The position numbers and the translations under genes are program-made. The notes below the pieces were generated by a model, which did not search any database, was not told the origin of the DNA, and saw nothing but the letters and a program-made list of their open reading frames with translations. DNA of 32,000 nt, from positions 1 through 32,000 of the forward strand of contig DATLYX010000125.1 of NCBI GenBank assembly GCA_035574295.1, written 5' to 3'. The DNA is from Xanthobacteraceae bacterium. GTDB taxonomy: Bacteria > Pseudomonadota > Alphaproteobacteria > Rhizobiales > Xanthobacteraceae. Of the stretch, positions 30,929-32,000 are shown in pieces (position 1 is the stretch's first letter; each line of letters starts with the position of its first letter).

Positions 30929-32000
30929 TCAGTCAGTGGCTGCCATCAAGATTTCGGTCTCGGCGATCAGGACGCTGCCTTTGGCCTTGGCCAACAGCTT
31001 TCCAAACGGGTCCTGCACCTTCACGAGACGCGGTCGCGGCGTGGCGCAGTCGAAGGCGACGTAGAGCCAGTATCGGCCGCGCAGATTGCAGGCCTTCGCC
31101 CATTCGTTTTCGCTGACCTCCACGCCGCCGGCCCCGGCGCAGCCCTTGACCTCGATGGCACGCTCCTCCGCCGGGCCGTGCGGGGTGGCAGGCCGCAGCG
31201 AGCGGAGATCGAATCCGGGCCAGTCGGTGAGGCCTGCGGCGCGCGCGAGCTCGGGCCGCGACACGTCATGGACAGTGGCGCCGGCCGCCTCTTCGTGTGC
31301 GCGCGCAAGCCGTATGGCGATGGCCTCCACCTCGGCGTCGTGCCGCCGCCGCTCCTCCGGATCGTCGGTGGGAAGAACAAGCGCGTGCGCCACCATCTCC
31401 GCTTCGCCCGGAACGATCAGGGCCGGCTCCATCTTCAGCAGCTTTAGCCGCCGCTCCTTCTCGGCAGCGAGCTGGCGCTGCTGCTCCCTGACCCTGGTGA
31501 GCTCGGCCTTCGCATGGGGATCGCCCTGGCGGGCCGCTTCGCTCACGCGCTGCCGCTTGGCGATCAGCTCGGCCGTCTTGTGGTCATAGCCGCGGGTGAT
31601 CCAATCGAGCCGCTCCGGCAGGGTGTTTTCAATGCGCGCCCGGTGCTCCTCCACCATGTGGGCAAGTGCATCGCCCTTGATCCATTCGGCGGCGGCGTCC
31701 GTCAGCCCTCGCGCAAGCCGGGCGAGCGGCACGCTGCCGGGAGGCACGCCATGCGCACCCCGCAGCAGGAGCAAGTGCTCCAGCGGACAAAGAGCGATCG
31801 TGCCGTCGCTTTCCTGTCTCAGGCCGATCAGGCGGCTCTCGATGATCTCCGAGCGGACGCTGTCCTGACGCCCAAAGTGATCCTCGAAGAGCTCGACGGC
31901 CTCTGTGGCCGGCTGGCGGCGGACGACCGATACCTGGGCGAGATGGAAGAGATAGGGTGCCTTGGCGTGAGAGTCGACGAAGATCGCGCCGCGACGCGCC
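30929..32000 (-). CDS. C-terminal part of a large helicase-related protein ending in a DUF3883 (PD-(D/E)xK-like) domain; 5' end beyond window
   Basis: My own translation shows the frame stays open from 31999 down through the track ORF (ARRGAIFVDSHAKAPYLFHLAQVS...LEHLLLLRGAHG...), so the TTG at 31774 is not the start. The C-terminus GFDLRSL...AIEVKGCAGAGGVEVSENEWAKACNLRGRYWLYVAFDC is the DUF3883 signature. The helicase core itself is not in the window, so it is inferred. Confidence 0.75.
   Translation of the reverse strand, partial: ARRGAIFVDSHAKAPYLFHLAQVSVVRRQPATEAVELFEDHFGRQDSVRSEIIESRLIGLRQESDGTIALCPLEHLLLLRGAHGVPPGSVPLARLARGLTDAAAEWIKGDALAHMVEEHRARIENTLPERLDWITRGYDHKTAELIAKRQRVSEAARQGDPHAKAELTRVREQQRQLAAEKERRLKLLKMEPALIVPGEAEMVAHALVLPTDDPEERRRHDAEVEAIAIRLARAHEEAAGATVHDVSRPELARAAGLTDWPGFDLRSLRPATPHGPAEERAIEVKGCAGAGGVEVSENEWAKACNLRGRYWLYVAFDCATPRPRLVKVQDPFGKLLAKAKGSVLIAETEILMAATD

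Noticed and set aside
1-32000. Search by eye for tRNA, rRNA, CRISPR arrays, IS elements or transposases, integrase and long direct repeats
   Set aside because: Nothing resembling these was found. Every gap longer than 100 nt, apart from the head/tail cargo boundaries (7460-7582 and 8407-8547), is explained by the features listed. A proper tRNAscan or repeat-finder run would be needed to exclude them formally.

Overview
High-GC DNA, probably alphaproteobacterial (the taxon is an inference from composition and the GTA-like tail genes). Bases 1-22669 are the + strand late region of a siphovirus-like prophage. It starts with a lambda-type head module: GpA terminase, gpW, portal, S49 protease with a nested scaffold, gpD-like decoration protein and gpE-like capsid. 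Next come the neck genes, tail tube, a tail chaperone with an A_AAA_AAC -1 frameshift site, and the tape measure. An RcGTA-like distal tail block follows (DUF2460, DUF2163, NlpC/P60, a 1314 aa host-specificity protein, a DUF2793 fibre), then a lysis cassette (small membrane protein, TIGR02594 hydrolase, overlapped spanins). Two cargo insertions interrupt the structural operon. One is a minus-strand higBA toxin-antitoxin pair between portal and protease. The other is a DUF2798 membrane protein plus TetR regulator between the head and tail modules. The main hunting result starts 31 bp after the lysis cassette and converges on it. It is a tightly coupled five-gene minus-strand operon (32000 down to 22701): a helicase C-terminus with a DUF3883 nuclease-like domain (partial, missed by the ORF track), DUF3800, a DUF1156 zinc-ribbon amino-methyltransferase, a DUF499 P-loop ATPase and a TIGR02391 protein. 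I read it as a methylation-associated, BREX/DISARM-like anti-phage system with no characterised mechanism, in a variant composition I do not recognise. No tRNA, rRNA, CRISPR array, IS element or integrase was seen. Many long ORFs in the track are antisense or off-frame shadows typical of high-GC DNA.
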